A stretch of 64,000 bases of DNA from a virus (taxonomy: Duplodnaviria; Caudoviricetes), in IMG/VR virus record IMGVR_UViG_3300028048_000001, positions 160,001-224,000 of that record. One strand, 5' to 3'. This document shows positions 51,208-62,400 of the stretch, piece by piece. A model generated the notes under the pieces. It did not search any database. It worked only from the letters and a program-made list of their open reading frames with translations, and was not told the DNA's origin. The translations under genes were made by a program, and so were the position numbers. Numbering within the stretch: the first letter of the stretch is position 1; every line of letters begins with the position of its first letter.

Positions 51208-53319
51208 TTAATTATCACAATCATTAGGTTCTTCATTATCTATAAAATATATAGCATCTCTCATTTTATTAACTTCATTATCTTCAATCATATTATATTT
51301 ATCTGAAATCATATCATTATTTTCTAAATAATTTTGAGGTTTTTCCATAAAATATAAATCAAATACTGACGGTTTTCTTTTTCTTGTAGATAATGGACTA
51401 ATAAGAGTTTTACCTATTCTCTGATATTCAAGATTTACAGTAATAGAAGGACTATTATTTAATGCTGAACCTAATGTAAGAATTTTATATGGAGCATTTT
51501 TAATTGACCAATTTGGCATAGATAATATATCTTCTGGATCTCTCATTTGATTAGATACAATAGTTTCAAGATGAATAGCAGAAATATCAATACCACCATC
51601 CATATTAGCAGTAATAAATTCTTTAACTATTTCATCTTTTGTATAACTACTAGTATCTTTTTCTCTATTAATAATATTTTTTGATCTTTCTAGAGTTCTT
51701 TGTAATTCTTTATTTTGAATTTTTACAGTAAATACAACAGGAATATTTTTTAATTGGTCTAATGGTATAATATAAATACCATCATCATTTTCTTTTGTTT
51801 TCTTTGATCTTAATAATTTATTTAAATCTTCTGTAAGATAAATATTGTCTTCTTCAGATGTATGGAAAGTAATAATATTTCCATTTGGATATCTAATATC
51901 AAACGATGGAGTATATTCTTCATACTGAATAGTAGAGTCTTCTGAATCATCTTCATCATCTGACGTAAATTTATTTGAATCTAATATCATATAATATCCA
52001 TCTAATTCTACATCTTCTTGTATAGATATCATATTAAGATTTAATTCAAAAATATCAAAAAATTCAGAATTCCATTTCATTTCAATTACAGAAGATTCTA
52101 GTAAATGCTTTGCTGATAAAAGCATCTGTGTATATTTTGAAGATAATAATTCTGCTGCTATTTTACCAGGGTTAATATCTCTATTTACATAATAAAGATC
52201 GCCATAGCATTTCTTGCAAATTCCATTTCCATGAGCATAAGATGCACATGTAATTGGAGATCTAAAATATAATGTCTGACCAATTAAATGATAATCTCTG
52301 TCTTTATCTAATAAATAATCAATACCTTCTGGATTAAATTTATAATATCTTTTATCATATTTAGATAACCAATTAGAATCTTTAATAAATACTTTAATAA
52401 AATTTTTTGTATCACAAGAATATTCTGAATCTGGATTAAAGAATGTATCAAGATTATTAGTTTCAAGTAATCTTGCAAAAGCTCCAGATGTACCAACATT
52501 CATTTTTTGTAATATCTGTGCTGTTCTTCCAACAGATGAATCTATAACATAAGATTCTGGATTAGATACACCACCATTCATAAATGAATTATTAATAATA
52601 TATGGAAATATACCACCATGCCCATCTGGTTTAGTACCAATATTTACAGATACTTCTTTAAACTGCTTTGGAGATATTGCTTCTTGTGATATAAATGAAT
52701 CTCTTAAACAATGATCATTATTTTTAATATAATTAATTTGAGTTTGAGTATATTTCATTCCAATATCTTTTACATCTTCAATCGGAACGTTAGATAAATC
52801 TGCATGTATAGATTGATTAAATTCTGGATATTTTTCCATTAAATCTAATGTATCTTTAAAATTTACTGTATTTGATAAATACATAGCAAATTCATCTATA
52901 TATTTAAATTTATAAATAGTTTCATCAATAAGATTGTTTAATGTAATAAAATCTACATCTTTTGAATGTAATTTTATTAACATATTAAAATATTCTTTTA
53001 TAGTACGTTTAGTTATTTGTCTTGTATCTATTAAATGAATTACTGTAATAGGATCTTTTATATAAATAGGAAAAGTCCAAAAGATTAATTGAAAATAAAA
53101 TTCTGGAATTGTTAATCTCAAATAATTTCCATCATCTAAATGAATTCCTATTTTAAGAGATTGTACTTCTGGATCTTCTATACCATCTCTCATAATATTA
53201 AGTAATCCATTAAAATAATCAACATAATTTTTAGGAGTTATATCTTTTGTATATAAATCCATATATTTGTTTTGAATAAGTGTAACAAATGGTCCATAAT
53301 TTTCAAAGTATTCTACCAT
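51208..53319 (-). CDS. Phage multisubunit RNA polymerase, beta-prime C-terminal part (phiKZ gp74-like)
   Basis: Bridge-helix-like GTSGAFARLL, RSPITC...GICKKCYG zinc site, trigger-loop-like TQMLLSAKH, IHLETIV. Confidence 0.9.
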   Translation of the reverse strand: MVEYFENYGPFVTLIQNKYMDLYTKDITPKNYVDYFNGLLNIMRDGIEDPEVQSLKIGIHLDDGNYLRLTIPEFYFQLIFWTFPIYIKDPITVIHLIDTRQITKRTIKEYFNMLIKLHSKDVDFITLNNLIDETIYKFKYIDEFAMYLSNTVNFKDTLDLMEKYPEFNQSIHADLSNVPIEDVKDIGMKYTQTQINYIKNNDHCLRDSFISQEAISPKQFKEVSVNIGTKPDGHGGIFPYIINNSFMNGGVSNPESYVIDSSVGRTAQILQKMNVGTSGAFARLLETNNLDTFFNPDSEYSCDTKNFIKVFIKDSNWLSKYDKRYYKFNPEGIDYLLDKDRDYHLIGQTLYFRSPITCASYAHGNGICKKCYGDLYYVNRDINPGKIAAELLSSKYTQMLLSAKHLLESSVIEMKWNSEFFDIFELNLNMISIQEDVELDGYYMILDSNKFTSDDEDDSEDSTIQYEEYTPSFDIRYPNGNIITFHTSEEDNIYLTEDLNKLLRSKKTKENDDGIYIIPLDQLKNIPVVFTVKIQNKELQRTLERSKNIINREKDTSSYTKDEIVKEFITANMDGGIDISAIHLETIVSNQMRDPEDILSMPNWSIKNAPYKILTLGSALNNSPSITVNLEYQRIGKTLISPLSTRKRKPSVFDLYFMEKPQNYLENNDMISDKYNMIEDNEVNKMRDAIYFIDNEEPNDCDN

Positions 53320-53492
53320 TTTATTTCTCCTTTTCTGTATAAGGTGCCAATACCTTATATATTTAAGTTTTTCAATTTATAAATTTCAAATTTAAATATT
53401 TACTACATATCAAAATTATAATATATTTATAAAAAATAATTTATAAATATAGAAGAAGGAGATTTTTCTCCTTCTTCTATTATAAGTATTAA

Positions 53493-53720
53493 TCAAAACC
53501 ATTCTACTTTGTCTGGTTGTTGTTCATGAATAAATCCGCAATCTTTTCCTGTATCAATATCAACAATTCTAATTCCTGTTGTTGGTAATCCTAATCTTTT
53601 AGCATTAAAATATTCTTGAGATTTATATATTATATCTCCTCCAATTGGATAATAATCTGCGTTTTCATGACAAAGTTCTCTTAATTTTTCAATCAGATTC
53701 TGTTTAGTTTCTAAAAACAT
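53493..53720 (-). CDS. Hypothetical protein
   Basis: 75-aa ORF with RBS. Confidence 0.6.
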   Translation of the reverse strand: MFLETKQNLIEKLRELCHENADYYPIGGDIIYKSQEYFNAKRLGLPTTGIRIVDIDTGKDCGFIHEQQPDKVEWF

Positions 53721-53741
53721 TTTTATTTTCTCCTTTTAATA

Positions 53742-54572
53742 TTATTTATCAATATATATTCCTGATAAAGAATCTTTTAATACTTTAACAAATGCTTTAT
53801 AATTTTTACTATTGCTATCTGGAATAGCAAATATAATATTTGTAAAATTATATTTTTCTGATAATAAATATTCTTTAAATAAATGTGCTACTTCTTCAGG
53901 ATTTTGTCTAAATACTCCACATCCAAAAGCTCCTAAAATAAGAGTTTTTAAATTTTCTGTTTCTGCAATATCTAGTACAAATTTAATTCTGTTAGATAAT
54001 GCAACAGTATTAAATTTTTCTAATATAATTGCATCAGCATTTCTAATATTAGGTGCAGCTACAGTAATAACTGCTACATTTATAATATTTTTATTTTCTC
54101 TTAGAAACATTATATTTGGACTATAAATTCCTCTATCTAAATAGATAAAATTTATAGTTGGATTCATTTTACATTCATATCTATTTGCTAAATAATAAGT
54201 ATTACTAAAGGATTTTAAAGTTTCATATAAATTGCTTTCATGACATAATGCTTCTTCTTGTGCAGAAGAACCTTTTAAAAACATTCCACCTGGATATTTA
54301 AAAGAAGCAAAATTTAATATTCCAATGTTACTGTAAAAATTGTTAATCATATATAATGCAGATACTGTATCTGTATCTAAAATCTGAATAATAGGTTTGA
54401 TTCCTGTTTCAGATCTTTTACACATTTCTGGTGTATATATTTTAGAATTAGCAATAGATATATTTGTTATATCTTGATAATTTTCTTTTATCATTTTATG
54501 ATGATTTTTAGCTTTTTCTGCTAATTCTAATTTGTATAGATCACTATTTTTTGTTCTAAAAACAAAATTCAT
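53742..54572 (-). CDS. Bacterial-type PARG macrodomain (TIGR02452/DUF2263-like)
   Basis: LNFASFKYPGGMFLKGSSAQEEALC, ITVAAPN, LILGAFGCGVFRQNP. Confidence 0.9.
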   Translation of the reverse strand: MNFVFRTKNSDLYKLELAEKAKNHHKMIKENYQDITNISIANSKIYTPEMCKRSETGIKPIIQILDTDTVSALYMINNFYSNIGILNFASFKYPGGMFLKGSSAQEEALCHESNLYETLKSFSNTYYLANRYECKMNPTINFIYLDRGIYSPNIMFLRENKNIINVAVITVAAPNIRNADAIILEKFNTVALSNRIKFVLDIAETENLKTLILGAFGCGVFRQNPEEVAHLFKEYLLSEKYNFTNIIFAIPDSNSKNYKAFVKVLKDSLSGIYIDK

Positions 54573-54833
54573 ATTATTTCTCCTTTTTTTGATAATAAAA
54601 ATAATTTTATTTAGAAAATAGTATATAATGAATATATTATTTTGAATTTTTACAATATTCTCCTTTCTTATATTATATAATATTGAATCAGTATTATAAT
54701 ATCTTTTTAAAAATAAAAATAGTTATATGGTTTTTAAAAATATTTTTTATTTTTTCTTCAGAAAAAATGAAAATACCCCATTGGGTTATTATTCCATATG
54801 ACGTTTATTAACTATTCATTATTAATATACATC

Positions 54834-55073
54834 ATACTATTATTATTAATATTATTTTTATTATTACATTTAGACTAACAAATACTATTATTATTAATAT
54901 TATTTTTATTATTACATTTAGACTAACAAATACTATTATTATTAATATTATTTTTATTATTACATTTAGACTAACAAATACTATTATTATTAATATTATT
55001 TTTATTATTACATTTAGACTAACTAATACTATTATTATTAATATTATTTTTATTATTATATTTAGACTAATAA
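54834..55073. repeat. Five tandem copies of a 48-bp AT-rich unit
   Basis: ATACTATTATTATTAATATTATTTTTATTATTACATTTAGACTAACAA; TAGACTAA at 54871, 54919, 54967, 55015, 55063. Confidence 0.95.
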
Positions 55074-55210
55074 TAATATTAAATTTAATATTATTATTAT
55101 ATTATATCATGGATATAATAACTAATTGAAAAATTTTTTACTACCCCTATTTTTAGGATTTTATATAAAATAGGAGAGGACAAATAAGTCCTCTCCTATT
55201 GAATATTATA

Positions 55211-57751
55211 TCAATTACCATCATCAGCATGATAGAAAAGTTCACCATCAAGTACATTTTCTGGTCTTGCAATATTTTCAGTAGTAGGAATATAGTCCAA
55301 TAATTTATCATGATCCGGAAAGATTGTAATAAGCTTGATAATATCTTCATTATCAAGATCTTCATTACCACTATATCTACTATAAGGATCCCATTCTGCT
55401 CTTTCAAAGTCATAAACAAATGCTTCTCCAGTAGCTGCTTCATTTCTTACAAGATAATAATCTATAACAATATCATAGAGAATACTTCTAAGTCCACCAA
55501 AATATGTTTTATAATTGATTTCAATATCTTGATCTTCTATAGCAAAATATCTACCATAAATACATGATAATCCATCTTCTATATTAGTTCTTTGAAGATT
55601 CTCTATATAAGTTCTCCAAGAATCATAATTACCATCTTCTAAATAAGTTGGTAATTCTTCATCTCCTTCTATATATTCCATAACAGTTATATTGTTGATA
55701 GATGGAATATTATATTTAACAGTTTCCCAATATCCATAATTATTGATTTTATTACCATATTCATCTCTTACATATTTATCTACAAAGATGAGCATTTGAT
55801 TCATATCAATATCTTTAATTTCTAATGGATTTACTTTATACCCGTTTATAAATATCATTGTTGTATATTTAGAAAATGGATATTTTGTTGGATATTCTTC
55901 TGTTAATTGTAATAATCCATCTTTTTCGATAGTGTCTAATCTATAACTCTCTTTAAGAATCATAGGGATATAAAATATATCTACATAATCTCCTTCATCT
56001 AATATTGTAGAGAGATATAAAATTAATTTATCGAAAGGTCTATGTTTATTCATAATAGTAACAGTATATTCTGTTCTATCTATTTTTTTACCATTAATAA
56101 ATATTAGATATCTATTTGGATCATGGCAGTAATTAAATTGTGTAGGAAGTATAATCTTAAATTGTCCATCTTTTTGTTTAAATCTATAATGTTTAAATTG
56201 TCTCTTTGGAACTATTTTAAGATTTTTTCCATAATAATATTCATTATCAAAAAATATTTTATAATATCCTTCTTTATTTTCTATTTTCTCAAAAGTATAA
56301 TCTGGAATATATTGTTTTCTATGTTCTATACTATCTGGAACACTATAATCAGGATCAGCACAAGTTTCTGACATAATATACGCATCATCTAAATTATATT
56401 CTGGATGAATATATATTTCTTCATCAGATGAATTTACTTTAAGATCTAATACAAGATTATTACATTTTGTAAATAATATAAGCTCTACATGATCATCATC
56501 CATTATTCCAAATATTGGAATATTAATAATATTATTTGTATAACTTATATCAATAGAATATTCATATAATTTACTATTCACAAAAACCATTGCTACATCT
56601 TGTATTGGATAATCATGTCTTCTTGATAAATGAATATATCCTTTATCATCAGACATATTTTTGTATTCTGATCCTTTATAAGTATATATTTTTATTGGCT
56701 CATCATTAAAAAACGATGTTCTCCAAAGTCTATAATCATATTTACTTATATAATTAGCAGCATTAAATATATTTATATCATAATTGATTCCAAATTCATG
56801 ATCAAAATCAAATTTTTCTATTAATCTTGCTACTTTGTTATTCCAATCTTCAGAACCATATTCTACTGAATCTAATAATTCATGTATTTTATTTTCATCT
56901 AAATCTTCCATCCTATCATATAACGATGCTAATGATTTAGTATGTGAAGTATTATATAATAAAATACATACACCTACTGAATCATTATTAATAACTTTAA
57001 ATTTACCAAAATTACCATTGTATATATCACTAAAATATTCTGATGCATCATTATGTATAAATTTTCCATCTATATCAAATAATAAAATATTATCTAAAGA
57101 TGGAATAAATCCTTTTGGAAGATCTGTAAATTCTATATTACTAGAAAGATAATTTGATAAATCTATTTCTTTATAATATATATCATCATCAAGAATTTCT
57201 AATCTTACAATTATTTCTGCAAAATCAGCATCTACAAGTCTAGTTCTATCTTTTCCAAAATAAAAACCTTTTCTATCAGATACTCCAGCTAATATATCAT
57301 CATCTTCGCCATATCTAATATGTTTAGATCCTATAGGAAATACTATCATATCTGTATAAAAAGAATAATCTGGACCATAATTATCTATTCTCATATAAGA
57401 ATAATCATAATCATGAATAATAGTAATATCTGACCAAGGTATTACTTCTCCATTAATAAATAATAAAAATGGCCATACTTTATCTTCATCAACAAGATCT
57501 TTAAGATTTCCTTGAAATACTGTATTTTTTATATCATTATCATAACAGTATGGAATTTCTTTAACAGCATAGATATGTGTATTATCTTCCCAAAGATTAT
57601 ATTTATATCCATCATACCAATATTCAAATTGATAATTCATATAAATATTTTTATTAATCATTGGACATAAATTTTTTTGTAATGCTTGAATTCTAGAGTA
57701 AGTATGATGTCTTAAAGTTTCTATTCTGTCAATAAACTTTTGTTCCATCAT
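55211..57751 (-). CDS. Putative virion structural (tail/baseplate) protein
   Basis: 846 aa with repeated L/M-x-F-I/V-N-G strands; structural gene context. Confidence 0.65.
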   Translation of the reverse strand: MMEQKFIDRIETLRHHTYSRIQALQKNLCPMINKNIYMNYQFEYWYDGYKYNLWEDNTHIYAVKEIPYCYDNDIKNTVFQGNLKDLVDEDKVWPFLLFINGEVIPWSDITIIHDYDYSYMRIDNYGPDYSFYTDMIVFPIGSKHIRYGEDDDILAGVSDRKGFYFGKDRTRLVDADFAEIIVRLEILDDDIYYKEIDLSNYLSSNIEFTDLPKGFIPSLDNILLFDIDGKFIHNDASEYFSDIYNGNFGKFKVINNDSVGVCILLYNTSHTKSLASLYDRMEDLDENKIHELLDSVEYGSEDWNNKVARLIEKFDFDHEFGINYDINIFNAANYISKYDYRLWRTSFFNDEPIKIYTYKGSEYKNMSDDKGYIHLSRRHDYPIQDVAMVFVNSKLYEYSIDISYTNNIINIPIFGIMDDDHVELILFTKCNNLVLDLKVNSSDEEIYIHPEYNLDDAYIMSETCADPDYSVPDSIEHRKQYIPDYTFEKIENKEGYYKIFFDNEYYYGKNLKIVPKRQFKHYRFKQKDGQFKIILPTQFNYCHDPNRYLIFINGKKIDRTEYTVTIMNKHRPFDKLILYLSTILDEGDYVDIFYIPMILKESYRLDTIEKDGLLQLTEEYPTKYPFSKYTTMIFINGYKVNPLEIKDIDMNQMLIFVDKYVRDEYGNKINNYGYWETVKYNIPSINNITVMEYIEGDEELPTYLEDGNYDSWRTYIENLQRTNIEDGLSCIYGRYFAIEDQDIEINYKTYFGGLRSILYDIVIDYYLVRNEAATGEAFVYDFERAEWDPYSRYSGNEDLDNEDIIKLITIFPDHDKLLDYIPTTENIARPENVLDGELFYHADDGN

Positions 57752-58719
57752 GCATTTTCACTCCCTACTCTCAATAATTCATTAGTGAATATTGTAAAAT
57801 TCTTTCCTACAATTTTTTCAATAGTATTTTGTTGATTTAAATATGCACCAACATAAGTATCAGTAAGCATCTCAGCAAATGGAACAAAACAATCTAAAGC
57901 AAAGAAAGTATTTGGACCATAAGAATACATCCAGCGTTGAACAAATGATTCTGTAGTTAATTTTGCTCTATTTTTAGGACTTATTTGTGTATTGTCTTGA
58001 TCTAAAAATACTTCTGCAAATTTACTAAGAAATTTATCAAATGTAGTTTCTTTACTGATACAAGAATTAAAAAGAATATGAAGATGATCGCATATTCTTT
58101 TCTCTTTTATTCCAGATACATTTTTTGATAAATTGTATGTGGTTTCTCCATTATCTTTTCCTATTACACATATTTGATAATATTCAGCTAAAGCAAAACT
58201 CATCCTTTCTTTATTATCATTATATGTAACAGGTACTTTTAAATATCCTAATACATAAAGCATTAGGTCTACAAAAGCTTCAGTAGAGGATTTCATTAAA
58301 GTATTATTTGACATAATAACTTTTGGTATATTATAATATACAACATAAGTCATAGCTGTAATTAAATATGATATTAAGGTACCGATTTTTTTAATTTTAT
58401 ATTCATTATTTTCATATGTAATTACACCTGTACAATCAATAAATACTTTCTTTTTACTATTTTTTCCTTCTTTAGGATCTATAGAATAAATTACTTTAAA
58501 AGCTCTTGATACTCCTTTTTGATCAATCATTAATACTACTTTATTACTTAATAGAACTTTTACTAATATTGGAGAAACAGCTTGTCTTTTTACATCATAT
58601 ATAATATCTGTAAAAGTTTCATTTTCTTTATTTACTCTATGTGCACCAATTAGATAAGCTGTTAATGGCTTATCATAATCTATTTTATCATAAAAGCAGG
58701 AATCAGAAAGAACTTTCAT
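57748..58719 (-). CDS. Putative virion structural protein
   Basis: 323-aa ORF, GGAGG RBS, AACA-N6-TA upstream. Confidence 0.6.
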   Translation of the reverse strand: MKVLSDSCFYDKIDYDKPLTAYLIGAHRVNKENETFTDIIYDVKRQAVSPILVKVLLSNKVVLMIDQKGVSRAFKVIYSIDPKEGKNSKKKVFIDCTGVITYENNEYKIKKIGTLISYLITAMTYVVYYNIPKVIMSNNTLMKSSTEAFVDLMLYVLGYLKVPVTYNDNKERMSFALAEYYQICVIGKDNGETTYNLSKNVSGIKEKRICDHLHILFNSCISKETTFDKFLSKFAEVFLDQDNTQISPKNRAKLTTESFVQRWMYSYGPNTFFALDCFVPFAEMLTDTYVGAYLNQQNTIEKIVGKNFTIFTNELLRVGSENA

Positions 58720-58750
58720 TTTAATGAATCCTCCATCAAAATCAGAATAT

Positions 58751-58762
58751 TATATTAATGTT
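58751..58762 (-). promoter_or_regulatory. Candidate late promoter AACA-N6-TA
   Basis: AACAttaataTA about 30 bp upstream of the start codon. Confidence 0.5.
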
Positions 58763-58816
58763 TTTTATAACAACAAAAAGCCACTACTGATAATATCAGT
58801 AGTGGCTAATTTAAAA

Positions 58817-59407
58817 TTACATAGGTTGTATATCAGTAGAAGGAATACTTGGCATTGCTTTAGCAATTGCAACTTGATCAAAATAAAGTGTAGAATTATT
58901 ATTAGCAAGAGCTATAATTTTAATTTTAAAACAAGCAGAAGATTTATAAATACCATAAAAATCAGATATAAAAGAATATTCTACATATTTATTTATATCA
59001 CCAATATTTATTCCTGTAATTGTTTTTGTTTCAAGTAAATCTCCTTCTATTTCATCAAGTGAATCATAATAATAAATTTCTATTTTTGCAAGTTCAATAT
59101 TATCTATATTATTTGATTTCATCCTAATATTTACAGAAACATTTCCAAAAGGAATTCCAGCAACAGATGTCTGAAATAAAATCTTATTTGTAGAAGGAGA
59201 TGATATCATAATAGCAGAACCGTTATTTGCATATTCATCAATAGTTTTAGTACCTTCTGTAATAGTAACAGATCCGCTGGTAATATCAGTAGTAGCATCT
59301 TCTGCATCTATAATTCTACCAGCTAAAGAAGATCCAGACTGAGTTTCGGGATAATATATATTTCCTTCCCAATCTTCTATTCTAATATTTCTTCTTTCAA
59401 TAGCCAT
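58817..59407 (-). CDS. Putative tail-associated protein
   Basis: GNIYYPET N-terminal motif, beta-sandwich-like C-terminus (LYFDQVAI); follows the tail fibre. Confidence 0.6.
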   Translation of the reverse strand: MAIERRNIRIEDWEGNIYYPETQSGSSLAGRIIDAEDATTDITSGSVTITEGTKTIDEYANNGSAIMISSPSTNKILFQTSVAGIPFGNVSVNIRMKSNNIDNIELAKIEIYYYDSLDEIEGDLLETKTITGINIGDINKYVEYSFISDFYGIYKSSACFKIKIIALANNNSTLYFDQVAIAKAMPSIPSTDIQPM

Positions 59408-59439
59408 GTTTTATTTATCTCCATAATATATTTTATTAA

Positions 59440-62400
59440 TTAATAAGCAACTTCATTACCATCAATTATAACACCAGTAATTTTTTCTCCTTTGACCCAA
59501 GCAGTCTTATCAATAACAATATCACTAGGCACAGCAGTACTATCTGTCTGAGATTCAAGAGTAGCTGCTTTAATTACAAACCCATTTGGATAATATCCGG
59601 CTTGAACAGTAACACTATCTCCTGCATTAATTGTAACATTACTTCCAGTTCTTATAGGTATTGTACCAATTAATTTAACACCATTAGCCCAAGCTATTTT
59701 ATTTTCTAATATATCATTTACAGTAGCATCTCCAGGAGTTTGAGTATCCGTTCCAGCTGCTATAACCGTTCCAGTACCATCATGATATCCTTTTGGAATA
59801 ATATATGAATCTCCTCCATTAAGAGAAATATCAACAGTTCCAATATTAGGCATTGTACCAGTTATTTTAGTACCATTAACCCAAGCAGTTTTATTAATAA
59901 GAATATTATCAGATATAGCATCACCAGGAGTCTGAGATGCTAAAGTAGCAGCAATTATTTTACCAGTACCATCATGATATCCTTCTGATATAGTATGAAT
60001 AGAACCACAATTAATAGTATCATTTTCTGATCCTATATCTGGCATTGTACCAGTTATTTTAGTACCATTAACCCAGGCGGTTTTATTAATAAGAATATTA
60101 TTAATTACAGCATTGCCAGGAGTTTGAGATGCTAAAGTAGCAGTTGTTATAACTCCAGTACCATCATGATATCCTGCTGATATAGTATGAGTAGAGCCAG
60201 CAAGTAACTCTTCCGATTCAGAACCTATATTAGGTATAGTACCAGTTAATTTAATACCATTAGCCCAAGCAGTTTTATTTATTAAAATATCAGAACTTTC
60301 TGCAGTAGCTGATGTTTGAGATGCTAAAGTAGCAGCAATTATTTTACCAGTACCATCATGATATCCTTCTGATATAGTATGAATAGAACCACAATTAATA
60401 GTATCATTTTCTGATCCTATATTAGGTATAGTACCTGTAATTTTTTCACCATTAACCCAAGCGGTTTTATTTATTAAAATATCAGAACTTTCTGCAGTAG
60501 CTGATGTTTGATCTGATAAATTTGTAGCTACTATAACTCCATTACCATTATGATATCCTTCTGATATTGTAAAACTTTCTCCGGCGAGTAATTCTTCATA
60601 TATTGTATCTATAATTGGTATCGTACCAGTTAATTTAATACCATCAACCCAAGCAGTTTTATCTTTAATAATATCATCTGCTGTAGCAGTACCAGGAGTT
60701 TGAGTATCTGTTCCAGCCGCTATAACCGTTCCAGTACCATCATGATATCCTTTTGGAATAGTATATGAATCTCCTCCATTAAGAGAAATATCAACAGTTC
60801 CAATATTAGGCATTGTACCAATAAGTTCAATACCATTAACCCAAGCAGTAGATCCTTCTATTATATTATCTTCAGTAGCAGTACCAATGGTTTGTTCATT
60901 TAAAGATTCTGAAGTTATAACTTCAGAACCATCATGATATCCTACCGGAATAGTATATGACTCTCCTGCAGATATTGTTTGACTTTCTGGTTCTACTATT
61001 GGAATCGTACCTACAACTTTTTCACCATTAACCCAAGCAGTTGATCCTTCAAGCATATCTGTTGCTGTAGCTGTACCAGATGTTTGATCTGATAAATCTG
61101 CAGAAGATATTGTAACTTGAGTATCATGATATCCAGTACGAAGAATAAATGATTCATTAGCATACAATACAGTATCTGAATCTGTAATTGTAGGCATCGT
61201 ACCAGTCTGTTTACTTTTAGCATTTGTATTATAAAAAGTTTTTCCAGATACTACATGTTCTGGATATGCATTTCCTGTTAATTCTAATGTACCAGTAAGT
61301 TTTTGACCATCAACCCAAGCTGTTTTTGGAGATAATATATCTGAAACAGTAGCAGTACCTTCTGTTACAGATTCTATAGAAGGAGCTGTTATTTTACCAG
61401 AACCATTATGATATCCAGCTGGAATAGTATAAACTTCACCAGAGTCTAATCTCTTTGTAATTGCTCCTCTGTTTACCATTGTTCCAGTTTCTTTAAAATC
61501 TGGATAAGTTGTATAAAAAGTTTCCCCTTCTAATACATGTGCTGTTTTAGCATTACCAGTTAATTCTAATGTACCTTCTAATTTTGTAAAAGGATCATCA
61601 GAATAAAATTTATATCCTCTTAGCACTTTATCTGCAGTAGCATCTCCAGTAAGTTCAAGCTCACCAGTAATTTGTTGATGTACATTATTATTGTAAAAAG
61701 TTTTTCCTTTTAATACTTGTACAGAAATTGCAGTACCTGTTAATTCTATATTACCAGTTAATTTAACTCCATCAACCCAGGCAGTTTTATCTTTAATAAT
61801 ATCATCTGCTGTAGCAGTACCAGGAGTTTGAGCATCCGTTCCAGTTGCTGTAATTATTCCAGTACCATCATGATATCCTTTTGGAATAGTATATGACTCT
61901 CCTCCATCAAGAGAAATATCTTGATGATTTATAACAGGTATAGTACCTGCTATTTCTGTACCATTAACCCAGGCAGTTGATCCTTCAAGTAGATCATTTG
62001 CTGTAGCAGTACCAATAGTTTGTTCTTCTATAGATTTTGTCCAAATACGATCATTACCAGTATGATATCCACTTAAAACACTATAAGATTCTCCTGGCTG
62101 AAGTAATATTTCTACAGTTTGACGCAATGGCATTGTACCAGTTAATTTGACTCCATTAACCCAAGCAGTTTTTCCTTCAAAAATATCAATAGATTTTGCA
62201 TCAGCCACAGTTTGAGAAGCTAAATCTTTACCTTTAACAATACCATTTCCAGAATGATAACCTTCTGGAATATTATATATTTCATCACAAGCTACTATTT
62301 CATTTAAATTTTCAATTTTTGGCATAGTACCTGTAATTTTTTCGCCATTAACCCAAGCAGTTTTTCCTTCTATTAGATCGTTTGGTTCCATATTAGCAAT

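Noticed and set aside
54834-55073. CRISPR array
   Set aside because: Units are contiguous and nearly identical, with no unique spacers and no cas genes
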